Assembly: GCA_041752435.1 (NCBI GenBank)
Contig: JBGSWM010000031.1
Location: 1 to 24,301 of the forward strand
Length of the DNA: 24,301 bases
Source: Minisyncoccia bacterium
GTDB lineage: Bacteria > Patescibacteriota > Minisyncoccia > Phycocordibacterales > UBA918
Direction: 5' to 3'
The first letter of the stretch is position 1, and every line of letters begins with the position of its first letter. A model generated the notes under the pieces. The model had not been told where the DNA came from and ran no database searches. It worked only from the letters and a program-made list of their open reading frames with translations. Shown piece after piece: positions 14,265 through 23,215 of this stretch. A program made the position numbers and the translations under genes.

Positions 14265-15290
14265 ATGATTCGTGTAGCAATTAATGGATTTGGTCGGATT
14301 GGTCGGACCTTCTTTCGTCTCTCGTACGGCAATCCAAATTTTGAAGTAGTAGCAGTCAATGATCTTGGTGATCTTGATAATCTAGCCTACCTCCTCGAGT
14401 ACGATTCTGTCTATGGTCGCAGTCCATTTTCGGTCGAGGTGAAAGATGGAGCGTTTTTAATTCAGGGCAAGCCGGTGGCATTTGTGCAGGAAAAGGAACC
14501 AGCTAATTTGCCGTGGGGACAGATGAAGGTCGATGTCGTAGTGGAATCCACTGGCTTCTTCACGACCTTTGAAGGATCAAAAAAGCATCTTGATGCCGGT
14601 GCGAAGAGGGTGGTTATTTCTGCCCCCGCCAAGGGTGACCCAGCGGCGGTAGGGATAACTGGTGCGACGGTGTTGATGGGAGTAAACGAACAAGAGCTCG
14701 ATACTTGCCAAGTGACCTCAAATGCGTCTTGTACTACTAATGCCACCAGCCCACTCATTGCCGTCTTGAAAGAAGCAATCGGAATTGAGAAAGCTGTTTT
14801 AAATACCGTCCACGCTTACACCGCCTCACAGTCACTCGTCGATGCCCCGAACAAGAAAGATTTGCGCGCAGGCCGAGCGGCAGCTCTAAACATTGTCCCG
14901 AGTACCACCGGAGCGGCCATTGCGACTACGCTAGCGCATCCAGAGCTCAAAGATAAATTTGATGGGATTGCGATGCGAGTACCAGTACCGGTCGGGTCAA
15001 TCGTCGATGTGACTTTTATTGCTACCCGTCCGACGACAGTCGATGAGGTTAACAATGCTTTGATTGCCGCTGCTCAAGACGCGCGTTGGCGTAATCTATT
15101 TGCGGTGACGAATGAGCCGATTGTATCGACTGATATTATTGGTTCAAGAGTTGGTTCAATTGCCGATTTGTCCTTCACTAAAGTAGTGGGAGGTAATCTG
15201 GTAAAGGTATTGGCCTGGTATGACAACGAAACTAGCTACACGCAGACTTTAGTGGAGCATGTTCAGGCTATTGCCAAGCGTCTGGGCTAA
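14265..15290 (+). CDS. gap: Glyceraldehyde-3-phosphate dehydrogenase (type I)
   Basis: IRVAINGFGRIGR, SNASCTTN, GIAMRVP, WYDNE motifs. Confidence 0.97.
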   Translation: MIRVAINGFGRIGRTFFRLSYGNPNFEVVAVNDLGDLDNLAYLLEYDSVYGRSPFSVEVKDGAFLIQGKPVAFVQEKEPANLPWGQMKVDVVVESTGFFTTFEGSKKHLDAGAKRVVISAPAKGDPAAVGITGATVLMGVNEQELDTCQVTSNASCTTNATSPLIAVLKEAIGIEKAVLNTVHAYTASQSLVDAPNKKDLRAGRAAALNIVPSTTGAAIATTLAHPELKDKFDGIAMRVPVPVGSIVDVTFIATRPTTVDEVNNALIAAAQDARWRNLFAVTNEPIVSTDIIGSRVGSIADLSFTKVVGGNLVKVLAWYDNETSYTQTLVEHVQAIAKRLG

Positions 15291-15295
15291 AAACT

Positions 15296-15787
15296 ATGTC
15301 ATTGACCCCTGACTATATTCCAACCAAAATCCACCTCGCTACTGACCATGCTGGTTTTGCGCTGAAGGAAGAGATTAAAAGTTGGCTTAGTCAAAGTGGT
15401 TTGCCGGTAGTAGACCATGGTGCCAAGACCTTTGCGGCCGAGGATGATTTTCCTGATTACATCTCATTAGCTGCCAAGGCGGTTGGGCAAGCCAATGAAG
15501 GGGAGTGGGGAATTATCTTTGGTGGCTCAGGTAATGGAGAAGCGATGATGGCCAACCGCTATCCGGGTGTACGAGCGGCTGTGTACTATGGAGCCAAGCC
15601 AGAAATAGTCAGCCTCTCACGAGAACACAACGACGCCAATGTACTGTCTATTGGTGCCCGCTTTGTTGGCGTCGAAGAAGCCAAAGAGGTTATTAATTTA
15701 TGGTTGAAGACAGTTGTCTTGGCCGAAGAAAAAAGAATTAGGCGTAATCAGAAAATTGAGACTTACACTAAGGCGATGCGAAGTTAA
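15296..15787 (+). CDS. rpiB: Ribose-5-phosphate isomerase B (GGSGNGE, Glu-base type)
   Basis: TDHAGF, GGSGNGE, SREHNDANVLSIGARF. Confidence 0.92.
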   Translation: MSLTPDYIPTKIHLATDHAGFALKEEIKSWLSQSGLPVVDHGAKTFAAEDDFPDYISLAAKAVGQANEGEWGIIFGGSGNGEAMMANRYPGVRAAVYYGAKPEIVSLSREHNDANVLSIGARFVGVEEAKEVINLWLKTVVLAEEKRIRRNQKIETYTKAMRS

Positions 15788-15793
15788 ATATTT

Positions 15794-16450
15794 ATGATAC
15801 CAATAGTTCCCGCTATAATACCCAAAACAGAGTCCGAGATCTTGAGTATTTTACCGACCCTCCGCTTTTCACCGGAAATCCATGTTGATGTTGTAGATGG
15901 TCAATTCGTACCTTTTACTTCCTGGCCCTATGAGCCGGCTGGCGAACCTCTTCAGGTTAAGGCTATGACTGACTCATTCACCTTGGAAGTAGATCTAATG
16001 GTAAAAGAGCCTTTATTGGCTGCTGAAGCCTGGCTACAAGCCGGGGCCGATATGTTGGTCTTTCACATCGAGACTATTTCGCTGGCCGATTTCACCGCTT
16101 TTGTTAAAGCCGAGCCAAACGTAAGTTTTGGTATCTCGGCGTTGAATGATACTCCGCTAGAGGATTTGCTAGCTTACGCCGCGGTAGCTGATTATGTGCA
16201 GCTGATGGGAATTGCTAAGATTGGGGCGCAAGGCCAGGGCTTTGACGCTAGAGTTTTGGCTAGAATTGCGGCGGTTAAAGAAAAGTTTCCTCAGCTGGCG
16301 ATATCAATTGATGGAAGTGTAAATATGGAGACCGTGAAGCGGCTAAGTGAGGCGGGGGTCAATCGACTGATTTGTGGCTCGGCAATTATCAAGGCGCCTG
16401 ATAGAGAGCAGGCCTATCGAGAGTTAAGGAGTTTAATTGCACGGAACTAA
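15794..16450 (+). CDS. rpe: Ribulose-phosphate 3-epimerase (divergent)
   Basis: HVDVVDGQFVP, DLMV, ISIDGSVN, GSAII; located between rpiB and transketolase. Confidence 0.82.
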   Translation: MIPIVPAIIPKTESEILSILPTLRFSPEIHVDVVDGQFVPFTSWPYEPAGEPLQVKAMTDSFTLEVDLMVKEPLLAAEAWLQAGADMLVFHIETISLADFTAFVKAEPNVSFGISALNDTPLEDLLAYAAVADYVQLMGIAKIGAQGQGFDARVLARIAAVKEKFPQLAISIDGSVNMETVKRLSEAGVNRLICGSAIIKAPDREQAYRELRSLIARN

Positions 16451-16451
16451 C

Positions 16452-16475
16452 ACCTAAAGACTACAGTCTTTAGGT
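16452..16475. promoter_or_regulatory. Perfect 11-bp palindrome (2-nt spacer) over the expected -35 region of the transketolase promoter
   Basis: acctaaagact-ac-agtctttaggt; extended -10 TGC-TATACT at 16482-16490. Confidence 0.5.
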
Positions 16476-16501
16476 TATGACTGCTATACTCAAAGAGAGA
16501 T

Positions 16502-17398
16502 ATGCATTACATTTCATCACAAGAAGTTAAAGATTTAGAACTAAAGGCTAACTCAATCCGGCAAAGCATCATTGAGATGCTGGTCGCGGCGGGTAGTGGC
16601 CACACGGCTGGTCCGCTCGGGATGGCAGACATTTTTACGCTACTATATTTTAAGGTTTTACAACATGATCCGAAGAATCCCGAGTGGGAAGAGCGAGATC
16701 GTCTAGTCTTGTCTAATGGCCATATCTGCCCCGTCTTGTATGCCACCTTGGCTCACGCTGGGTATTTTCCGATTGAAGAATTACTGACTTTACGAAAGTT
16801 CGGCTCTCGTTTGCAGGGCCATCCGCACCGCGAGGCTTTGCCGGGAGTTGAGACGAGTTCAGGTCCGCTTGGCTCTGGTCTCTCCCAGGCGGTAGGGATG
16901 GCGCTAGCGGAACGAATGGACAATCCCTACTCCTCAAAATATATCTATTGTTTGGCGGGAGACGGCGAGCTTAATGAAGGGCAGATTTGGGAAGCGGCGA
17001 TGCTGGCTGGTAAGGAAAAGCTGCACAACTTAATTTTGATTATTGATCGTAATGGTATTCAGATTGATGGTTATACCAAGGATGTCATGCCGCTTGAGCC
17101 GCTCTCAGAGAAGTTTGCCGCCTTTGGTTTTGATGTTCAGGAAGTCGATGGGCACAACATTCGTTCAGTGAATGATGCGATTGGTAAAGCCCAGGCTATC
17201 TATAGTCAGCCCTCGGTGATTATTGCCCATACGATAGCTTCAAAAGGGGTGGATGTGTTTGAGCGGGATTTTCGTTGGCACGGTAATCCACCAGGAAAGG
17301 GGCCAGAAGATCGAGTGCCAAAAAGTGAGCAAGCAAAAGTGGCTCTTGAGAAACTACGCACTCTCGCGGGGGTAATCACTAAAGATAAAATTTCGTAG
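16502..17398 (+). CDS. Transketolase, N-terminal subunit
   Basis: SGH..G.L, RDRLVLSNGH, LQGHP, SGPLGSGLS, ThDP motif GDGELNEG...IIDRN. Confidence 0.95.
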   Translation: MHYISSQEVKDLELKANSIRQSIIEMLVAAGSGHTAGPLGMADIFTLLYFKVLQHDPKNPEWEERDRLVLSNGHICPVLYATLAHAGYFPIEELLTLRKFGSRLQGHPHREALPGVETSSGPLGSGLSQAVGMALAERMDNPYSSKYIYCLAGDGELNEGQIWEAAMLAGKEKLHNLILIIDRNGIQIDGYTKDVMPLEPLSEKFAAFGFDVQEVDGHNIRSVNDAIGKAQAIYSQPSVIIAHTIASKGVDVFERDFRWHGNPPGKGPEDRVPKSEQAKVALEKLRTLAGVITKDKIS

Positions 17399-17405
17399 TC
17401 TGCAT

Positions 17406-18395
17406 ATGTTAGCTTTACACATAGATAAAAAATTTAATACCAAGGAGATGAGTCAAGTACCGAGTCGCAATGGCTACGGTGAGGGTTTGGTGGAGGCTGG
17501 TAAGCGAGATAGTAGAATCGTGGCGCTGGCGGCCGATCTAACCGAGTCAACCCGAACCCTACCGTTTGCTGAAGCTTTTCCTAAGCGCTTTGTGCAAGTC
17601 GGCATCGCTGAACAAAATATGGCTTCAGTTGCTTCCGGTATGGCGGCCATGGGTAAGATACCTTTCATCGCATCTTATGCGATGTTTTCTCCGGGTCGAA
17701 ACTGGGAACAGATTCGCACCACGATTGCTTATAACAATAGCAACGTCAAAATCATTGGTGCCCATGCCGGTATCTCCGTTGGTCCTGATGGAGCCACTCA
17801 CCAAGCAATTGAGGATCTGGCGATTATGCGGGTGATGCCAAATATGATAGTGATTGCCCCGGCTGATGTGCATGAGGCGCGCAAGGCGGTCTTGGCGGCG
17901 GCCAAACACGAAGGCCCTGTCTATATTCGGGTTGGTCGTAGCAACACCCCAGTCGTAACAACCGAAGAATCTCCGTTTGAGATTGGTAAGGCAAGCGAAG
18001 TATTTAGTAAGAGTGTCGAAGGTGAACGAAGTATCGCTCTCTTGGTAACCGGAACTCTGTTGTATAACGCTATTGCCGCCGCTGAAGAATTACAAAAGAT
18101 GGGTATTCCAACCTCAGTATTACATCTACCTACTATCAAGCCACTGGATACGGAAGCATTGCTTAAGATAGCTAAGACCCATACGGCTTTAGTGACGATT
18201 GAAGAGCACCAAAAAATTGGTGGACTCGGTAGTGCGGTCACTGAGTATCTAGGCGAAGCCTATCCGACAAAAGTCGTCCGAGTGGGTATTGATGATGAGT
18301 TCGGTCAGTCTGGTGAGCCAGAAGAGCTCATGGTTCATTATGGTCTTGATACGCCAAGTATTGTCGCCGCAGCCAAACGAGCAATTGGAGAGTAG
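17406..18395 (+). CDS. Transketolase, C-terminal subunit
   Basis: GIAEQNM, GPDGATHQAIED, TIKPLD, IEEHQKIGGLGSAV. Confidence 0.95.
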   Translation: MLALHIDKKFNTKEMSQVPSRNGYGEGLVEAGKRDSRIVALAADLTESTRTLPFAEAFPKRFVQVGIAEQNMASVASGMAAMGKIPFIASYAMFSPGRNWEQIRTTIAYNNSNVKIIGAHAGISVGPDGATHQAIEDLAIMRVMPNMIVIAPADVHEARKAVLAAAKHEGPVYIRVGRSNTPVVTTEESPFEIGKASEVFSKSVEGERSIALLVTGTLLYNAIAAAEELQKMGIPTSVLHLPTIKPLDTEALLKIAKTHTALVTIEEHQKIGGLGSAVTEYLGEAYPTKVVRVGIDDEFGQSGEPEELMVHYGLDTPSIVAAAKRAIGE

Positions 18396-18420
18396 GGGCA
18401 AATAAGATAAAAGCGAACAA

Positions 18421-18450
18421 CAAAAAAACCGGCCTGTGGCCGGTCTTTTG
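18421..18450. terminator. Bidirectional intrinsic terminator between convergent transketolase and pfkB genes
   Basis: A7 - accggcc tgt ggccggt - cT4. Confidence 0.75.
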
Positions 18451-18479
18451 CTGGTAGAAGTAGCAAGCGCCTCCTTTGC

Positions 18480-19484
18480 TCACTCAATCATTTTTGCCTC
18501 GTACTCAACCGGTCGATTGGCTAGATGTTCTTCTAACTTTTCTCGGGGCAGCAGGCCAGCTTGAGCGCCGATATACTGAACAACTGACATGGAGTTAACT
18601 GGACCCCAGGTGAGAGCCTCGGCCGGTGTTTTGCCGAGGGCAATAGCGGCGGTGAAGGTAGAGGCAAACGAGTCGCCGGCACCGGTCCGATCGACTGGCG
18701 GCTTAGGGTCTGGGTACATCGGCATAAACCAGGCTTGGTCGTGTTCATCTACTACGTAGGCGCCGTTTGGTCCATCAGTAATAACTGGCAGGGTTGGTCC
18801 AAGCTTCTTGAACTCGCGCAGCAGGGTGGGGACATGTTGTTCCTTGGTGCCGAGGATTTCCTGAGCCTCTTCTTGGTTGCAGAAGAAGATTTCAGTCACG
18901 GCGTAGAGATCTTTGAGAGCTTCGTGACCAAGCTTGATCTGGAAGGTGCCGGGTTGGAAGACTAGCTTGGTATCGTTGTTCTTAACGTACTCAGCAATCT
19001 CATGGTGGAAAGGAACGCCATTTTCACCAATCGAAGAGAAATATAAGTAGCGGGGAGCTTCGGCAAAGTCAGGGAGTGAGTAAGGAAAGACTTCGTGCTT
19101 GATCAGAATAGTGCGCTCTGGGCCGTAGCGCAAAACATAGTGATAATTGGTCTCCTTGCCCTCATGCACTTTAACGTACTCAGTGTTGATGCCTTCTTGG
19201 CGCAGAGCCTCAAGACAGTCCTTGCCATAGCGGTCGTGACCGAGGTTGGTTACGAGAGCTGTCTTAAGACCTAGTCGGTGCGCAGAGACAGCGGCGTTTG
19301 GTGAATTACCAACGGCATTTATCACTTGGACATTATCGTATGGTAGTTTGCTCCCAAACGGCATATGTAAGGTGTAACGGCCGGTGTCCATATCTTGGCT
19401 CACATCAGCCGCGTCCTTATTTAGTTGAATAAAGGCGTCGACTACGATGTCGCCGATGGCAACAAAATCATATTTTTCTGACAT
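18480..19484 (-). CDS. PfkB/ribokinase family carbohydrate kinase
   Basis: DRTGAGDSFAST signature, GNSPNAAV, VITDGPNGAY. Start MSEKYDF at 19484 is preferred to the ORF-track start at 19502, because an extended -10 lies in between. Confidence 0.9.
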   Translation of the reverse strand: MSEKYDFVAIGDIVVDAFIQLNKDAADVSQDMDTGRYTLHMPFGSKLPYDNVQVINAVGNSPNAAVSAHRLGLKTALVTNLGHDRYGKDCLEALRQEGINTEYVKVHEGKETNYHYVLRYGPERTILIKHEVFPYSLPDFAEAPRYLYFSSIGENGVPFHHEIAEYVKNNDTKLVFQPGTFQIKLGHEALKDLYAVTEIFFCNQEEAQEILGTKEQHVPTLLREFKKLGPTLPVITDGPNGAYVVDEHDQAWFMPMYPDPKPPVDRTGAGDSFASTFTAAIALGKTPAEALTWGPVNSMSVVQYIGAQAGLLPREKLEEHLANRPVEYEAKMIE

Positions 19485-19492
19485 ATATAGAC

Positions 19493-19501
19493 ATTGTAAC
19501 A
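19493..19501 (-). promoter_or_regulatory. Extended -10 (TGT-TACAAT) of pfkB, 8 nt before ATG
   Basis: Reverse complement of attgtaaca. Confidence 0.5.
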
Positions 19502-19703
19502 CTGGGTTAGCTCACACGGGCTTAGTTTGAGGGCTGTTTGGGGAGTACCGCAGGTAACTAAAGGAGACTGCCGTGAGCGCATTGCTAAGGTGAGTGATAA
19601 TTCTATGTCGCTTATTGCCTGGTCAATCGTTTGGTTGGGTTCGAACGCCGGAAGAGAATCCCGCTGTAGCGGCCAGTCAGAAGGTATGCTATCTTTGTCG
19701 GAT

Positions 19704-20327
19704 ATGACAGTAACATTGCCAATCAAAGAAAGAAGTAGCGAAAATAATAAGACCAATCAAAAGGAGTCCATACCAGCGGTCGTCTACGGTCCAAAGCAGA
19801 CACCGGTCTCGGTAGTAGTTAATCGTAAGGAATTTGAAAAGCTGTTTAAGGTAGCCGGTGAGTCAACCGTTATTGAGTTGACTGGTTTAAAGTCGCCAAT
19901 CAGTTCACTGGTTAAGGAAGTGACCTTCTCACCTTTGCAGGGGGGAATAATCCATGTTGATTTCTATGCTCTAGAGTCTGGTAAAGAAATTGAAACTCAT
20001 GTGCCGCTTAGTTTTGTCAACGAGTCTCCAGCCGTTAAGTTAGGAGCTGTCGTTAATAAGGTGATGCAAGAGGTCATGGTGACTTGTCAGCCGGCTGATT
20101 TGCCAGCTCATATTGATGTTGATTTAAGTCTTTTGACGACTGTTGAATCGCAGATTCACATCTCGGATATTGTTGTCCCTAAGGGGGTGGTGATAAAAGA
20201 AGACGGTAAAAATGTCGTTGCTATAGTAGAGATGATTACTGAAGAGGTAGAAGCCGCGCCGGTTATGGATATTGCTGATATTCCGGTGGAGAAGAAGGGT
20301 AAGGAGGAGGAAGCTGCCGCTGCCTAG
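19704..20327 (+). CDS. rplY: 50S ribosomal protein L25 (long/Ctc form)
   Basis: IPAVVYGP, IIHVDFY, VPLSFVNESPAVKLG, LPAHIDVDLS..IHISDI. Start MTVTLPIKER at 19704; the ORF-track extension to 19527 is non-homologous. Confidence 0.93.
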   Translation: MTVTLPIKERSSENNKTNQKESIPAVVYGPKQTPVSVVVNRKEFEKLFKVAGESTVIELTGLKSPISSLVKEVTFSPLQGGIIHVDFYALESGKEIETHVPLSFVNESPAVKLGAVVNKVMQEVMVTCQPADLPAHIDVDLSLLTTVESQIHISDIVVPKGVVIKEDGKNVVAIVEMITEEVEAAPVMDIADIPVEKKGKEEEAAAA

Positions 20328-20349
20328 GTCGTTCGCTCTGACTAGACAG

Positions 20350-20390
20350 AAACACAGGCCTTTGGTCGAATTGACCAAAGGCCTGTGTTT
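20350..20390 (+). terminator. Perfect 18-bp inverted repeat downstream of rplY (probable terminator)
   Basis: aaacacaggcctttggtc-gaatt-gaccaaaggcctgtgttt. Confidence 0.7.
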
Positions 20391-20402
20391 GTGGTTGGGG
20401 TT

Positions 20403-20411
20403 TGGTATAAT
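20403..20411 (+). promoter_or_regulatory. Extended -10 (TGG-TATAAT), 10 nt before ATG 20422
   Basis: Consensus TGnTATAAT. Confidence 0.6.
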
Positions 20412-20421
20412 AATAAGACTT

Positions 20422-21789
20422 ATGAAGAAGTTTTTGGTTTTTGGCTTTGGGGTTACTTTGGTATTTTTAACTGGAGTAAATTCATTACAGGCCGAAACAG
20501 AAACCGAGCGTCGCGCGCGCCTCGAGGCTGAACTACAAAATGTCGAAAGACAGATTCTCACCCAGAGCCGTTTGGTGGAAGATAAGCAGCTTGAACGTCA
20601 GTCTCTCGAGCGTGACGTTTCAATTATTGAGGGACAAATTAAAAAGGCTCAACTTGGTATCCAGGCTCGGTCAGTAGCGATTATGCAGCTGTCAGATCAA
20701 ATAGAAGAAAAGACGATTACCATTTCTATTTTGGATGATAAGCTAACCAAACAAAAAGAATCACTCGGTGATTTGATTAGAAAGTCGGTTTTGCTCGAGG
20801 ATTATTCTTTGGTAGAAGTCATGTTGAGTAAGCAGAATTTTTCTGACTTCTTTACTGATGTGGCCAATTATCAATCGCTCAAGGAATCTTTAAATGAATC
20901 GTTGACTATACTTGAGGGTATTCATCGGGACACCTTAACCCAAAAAGACTTGCTGGAGTCAAAGCAGGGGACAGAGGCTGAGATGAAGAGAATCCAGGAA
21001 TTGGAAAAAATTGAAATTGAGCGACAGGAAAAGGAAAAGGAAAGAATTCTGACGGTTACTAAGGGTGAAGAAAGAGTCTATCAGCAACTCTTGGAATCCC
21101 AGCAACGCACGGCGGCTCAGCTTCGTAACGCTCTGTTTCAACTCCTTGGTGGAGGGGGAGGTATTCCATTTCCTGAAGCGGTCTCACTCGCGCGCTATGC
21201 GGAAAGCCAGACCGGGGTAGCCGCCTCACTTATCTTGGCCATTTTGGAACAAGAGACCAACCTTGGTTCTAACCTTGGTAGCTGCTTGTATAGTGATATG
21301 CGCGGCGGTAAAGCAGTGATGCACCCTGATCGAGATGCTCCCGTCTTCTTGGCCATTGCTGCTGAGCTGGGCTTTGATCCTGCCACCAGATCCGTTTCCT
21401 GTCCGATTGTTAGTAACGGCGAGCGCTATGGTTGGGGTGGAGCCATGGGTCCTTCGCAGTTTATTCCTTCCACTTGGGCGGTTTATGGCGGTATTGTCAA
21501 TCGGGGTAGTGGCTGGGTCTACAGCCAGTCTGATGACGCGATTAGACGGATGAACGGCAGTGGTTTACCGGCCAACCCCTTTAATAATCGGGACGCTTTT
21601 TTGGCGACAGCCTTACTCCTTAGAGACAATGGCGCCAATGGCTCATATGCCGGGGATAGGCTGGCGGCTTTGCGCTACTACGCTGGGTGGGGTGGAGCTA
21701 GTAATCCCGCTAATGCCTTTTATGGTGACCAGGTCATGAATCGTAAATCCCGTCTTGGTCAAGAGATGACTGTCCTTGGTGGAGGTTAA
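20422..21789 (+). CDS. Secreted coiled-coil protein with C-terminal lytic murein transglycosylase (SLT_2-like) domain
   Basis: MKKFLVFG signal peptide at 20422; long heptad-rich region; ILAILEQET (catalytic Glu), GAMGPSQFIPSTW, NPFNNRDA. Confidence 0.85.
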   Translation: MKKFLVFGFGVTLVFLTGVNSLQAETETERRARLEAELQNVERQILTQSRLVEDKQLERQSLERDVSIIEGQIKKAQLGIQARSVAIMQLSDQIEEKTITISILDDKLTKQKESLGDLIRKSVLLEDYSLVEVMLSKQNFSDFFTDVANYQSLKESLNESLTILEGIHRDTLTQKDLLESKQGTEAEMKRIQELEKIEIERQEKEKERILTVTKGEERVYQQLLESQQRTAAQLRNALFQLLGGGGGIPFPEAVSLARYAESQTGVAASLILAILEQETNLGSNLGSCLYSDMRGGKAVMHPDRDAPVFLAIAAELGFDPATRSVSCPIVSNGERYGWGGAMGPSQFIPSTWAVYGGIVNRGSGWVYSQSDDAIRRMNGSGLPANPFNNRDAFLATALLLRDNGANGSYAGDRLAALRYYAGWGGASNPANAFYGDQVMNRKSRLGQEMTVLGGG

Positions 21790-21793
21790 AAGC

Positions 21794-21821
21794 TTGCTTA
21801 TTTATTCAGCTTTGGTATAGT
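21794..21821 (+). promoter_or_regulatory. Sigma70-type promoter of rpmE (TTGCTT, 16 nt, TATAGT with TGG extension)
   Basis: -35 at 21794-99, -10 at 21816-21, 11 nt before ATG. Confidence 0.55.
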
Positions 21822-21832
21822 ACGAGCCACAT

Positions 21833-22096
21833 ATGAAAGCAGACATTCACCCAGGAAATTATCGTTTAGTCATTTTTGAAGACAATTCAAGTGGCGAGCG
21901 TTTTCTACTTGGCTCAACAATCGAAACCAGCAAGACCAGTAAGTGGACAGATGGAAATGAGTACCCACTAGCGCACGTTGAAATCTCAAGTGCCTCGCAC
22001 CCATTTTATACTGGACAGGAAAAAGTCATGGACACAGCCGGTCGGGTTGAGCGCTTTAAGGCTCGCGCCGCTAAAGCCAAAGGGACAGCTAAGTAA
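21833..22096 (+). CDS. rpmE: 50S ribosomal protein L31, type B (no Zn-binding cysteines)
   Basis: [41 protein letters not shown]; no Cys. Confidence 0.95.
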   Translation: MKADIHPGNYRLVIFEDNSSGERFLLGSTIETSKTSKWTDGNEYPLAHVEISSASHPFYTGQEKVMDTAGRVERFKARAAKAKGTAK

Positions 22097-22102
22097 CCAA
22101 GG

Positions 22103-22139
22103 AATCCGCCGAGCACGTACTAAAGCTCGGCGGATTTTT
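22103..22139 (+). terminator. Intrinsic terminator after rpmE
   Basis: aatccgccgagc - 10-nt loop - gctcggcggatt followed by ttt. Confidence 0.8.
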
Positions 22140-22170
22140 GCTGGGACAGTCTCTGCGGTACAATAGAAAT

Positions 22171-23157
22171 ATGGAATACCAAGACTCCGAATTAGAAAAT
22201 TTTCGCACCAATCAAAAAACGCAGTTTTTGGCGAGTCAATTTGACGAGCTTAGTGTAAAACACCAAGAAGCCTTAGAGATGGGTGAGGTGGACGAAGCGA
22301 TGGCTGACTTGGCGGCCGAAGAAGCTGCCACGATTGAGGTTAGGCGCGAAGAACTATATTTAGAAATGCAGAGAATTATTGAAGCCAATAAGGAAGAGGA
22401 AGAAAGGCCGTATGGTGTCATGCTTGAAGTACGAGCTGGTGCTGGCGGCGATGAGGCGGCTTTATTTGCCGAGGAACTAGCTAATATGTATTTGTTGTAT
22501 GCAGAGAAGCAGGGGTGGCCATATACTAAGGAACATGTTTCGCCGGGTTCGGCCGGGGGTTATAAAGAGGCGGCTTTTGAAATTGTGCATCCGAAAGTCT
22601 ATGCCGACTTACGCTATGAGACGGGGGTTCATCGGGTGCAGCGTATTCCAGTGACAGAAAAGGCGGGTCGCATTCATACCTCGACGGCATCGGTCGCAAT
22701 TCTGCCGATGCGTAAAAAGCCAACTATAGACATCAGTCCGTCTGATATTGAAATGGAATTTTCTCGCTCTGGTGGGGCTGGTGGTCAAAACGTTAACAAA
22801 GTAGAGACAGCTGTCCGTCTCGTACACAAGCCAACCGGCCTTGAGGTTCGCAGTCAGTCTGAGCGTTCGCAGCTTAAAAACCGAGAAAAAGCTATGACTC
22901 TGTTGGTGGCTAAGCTAGAAGCTGCCCATGAAGAGGAGCAGGTTCGTTCGCATGCCTTTGAGCGTAAAAATCAGATTGGTACTGGTGATCGTTCAGAAAA
23001 AATTCGCACTTATAATTTCCCGCAAAACCGCATTACCGATCACCGGATTAAGGTGTCCTGGCACAATATTGAAGGGGTAATGGCCGGCGGTCTAGAGCCG
23101 GTAGTGGAGGCACTAGCTGCCTTTGCCGAAGGCGGGGAAAGTGTTGCGTCTGCTTAG
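22171..23157 (+). CDS. prfA: Peptide chain release factor 1 (short N-terminal domain)
   Basis: [18 protein letters not shown] recognition motif (RIPVTE), [26 protein letters not shown] 22171 is preferred to TTG 22138, which lies in the terminator tail. Confidence 0.93.
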   Translation: MEYQDSELENFRTNQKTQFLASQFDELSVKHQEALEMGEVDEAMADLAAEEAATIEVRREELYLEMQRIIEANKEEEERPYGVMLEVRAGAGGDEAALFAEELANMYLLYAEKQGWPYTKEHVSPGSAGGYKEAAFEIVHPKVYADLRYETGVHRVQRIPVTEKAGRIHTSTASVAILPMRKKPTIDISPSDIEMEFSRSGGAGGQNVNKVETAVRLVHKPTGLEVRSQSERSQLKNREKAMTLLVAKLEAAHEEEQVRSHAFERKNQIGTGDRSEKIRTYNFPQNRITDHRIKVSWHNIEGVMAGGLEPVVEALAAFAEGGESVASA

Positions 23158-23172
23158 TAGATGTGGTAGCAT

Positions 23173-23201
23173 CACGGGGCTTAAGCGCCGTGCGCTTTTT
23201 T
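23173..23201 (+). terminator. Possible terminator after prfA
   Basis: cacggggc-ttaa-gcgccgtg (one mismatch), then cgc and T6. Confidence 0.45.
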
Positions 23202-23215
23202 GCTTATAATTCATT

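Noticed and set aside
14715-14750. GAPDH SCTTNA lacking the second active-site-helix Cys
   Set aside because: The catalytic Cys is intact and this substitution is a known natural variant; not notable alone.
11849-19484. Recoded genetic code (TGA=Gly, code 25)
   Set aside because: TGA ends 11849..12619 (overlapping the next ATG) and the PfkB gene at sensible positions, and long ORFs are intact under code 11.
19503-19703. ncRNA (SRP-like or tRNA-like, gggttcgaac) in the pfkB/rplY divergent spacer
   Set aside because: No SRP domain-IV motif or cloverleaf and no convincing long stems; adequately explained as a divergent promoter region.
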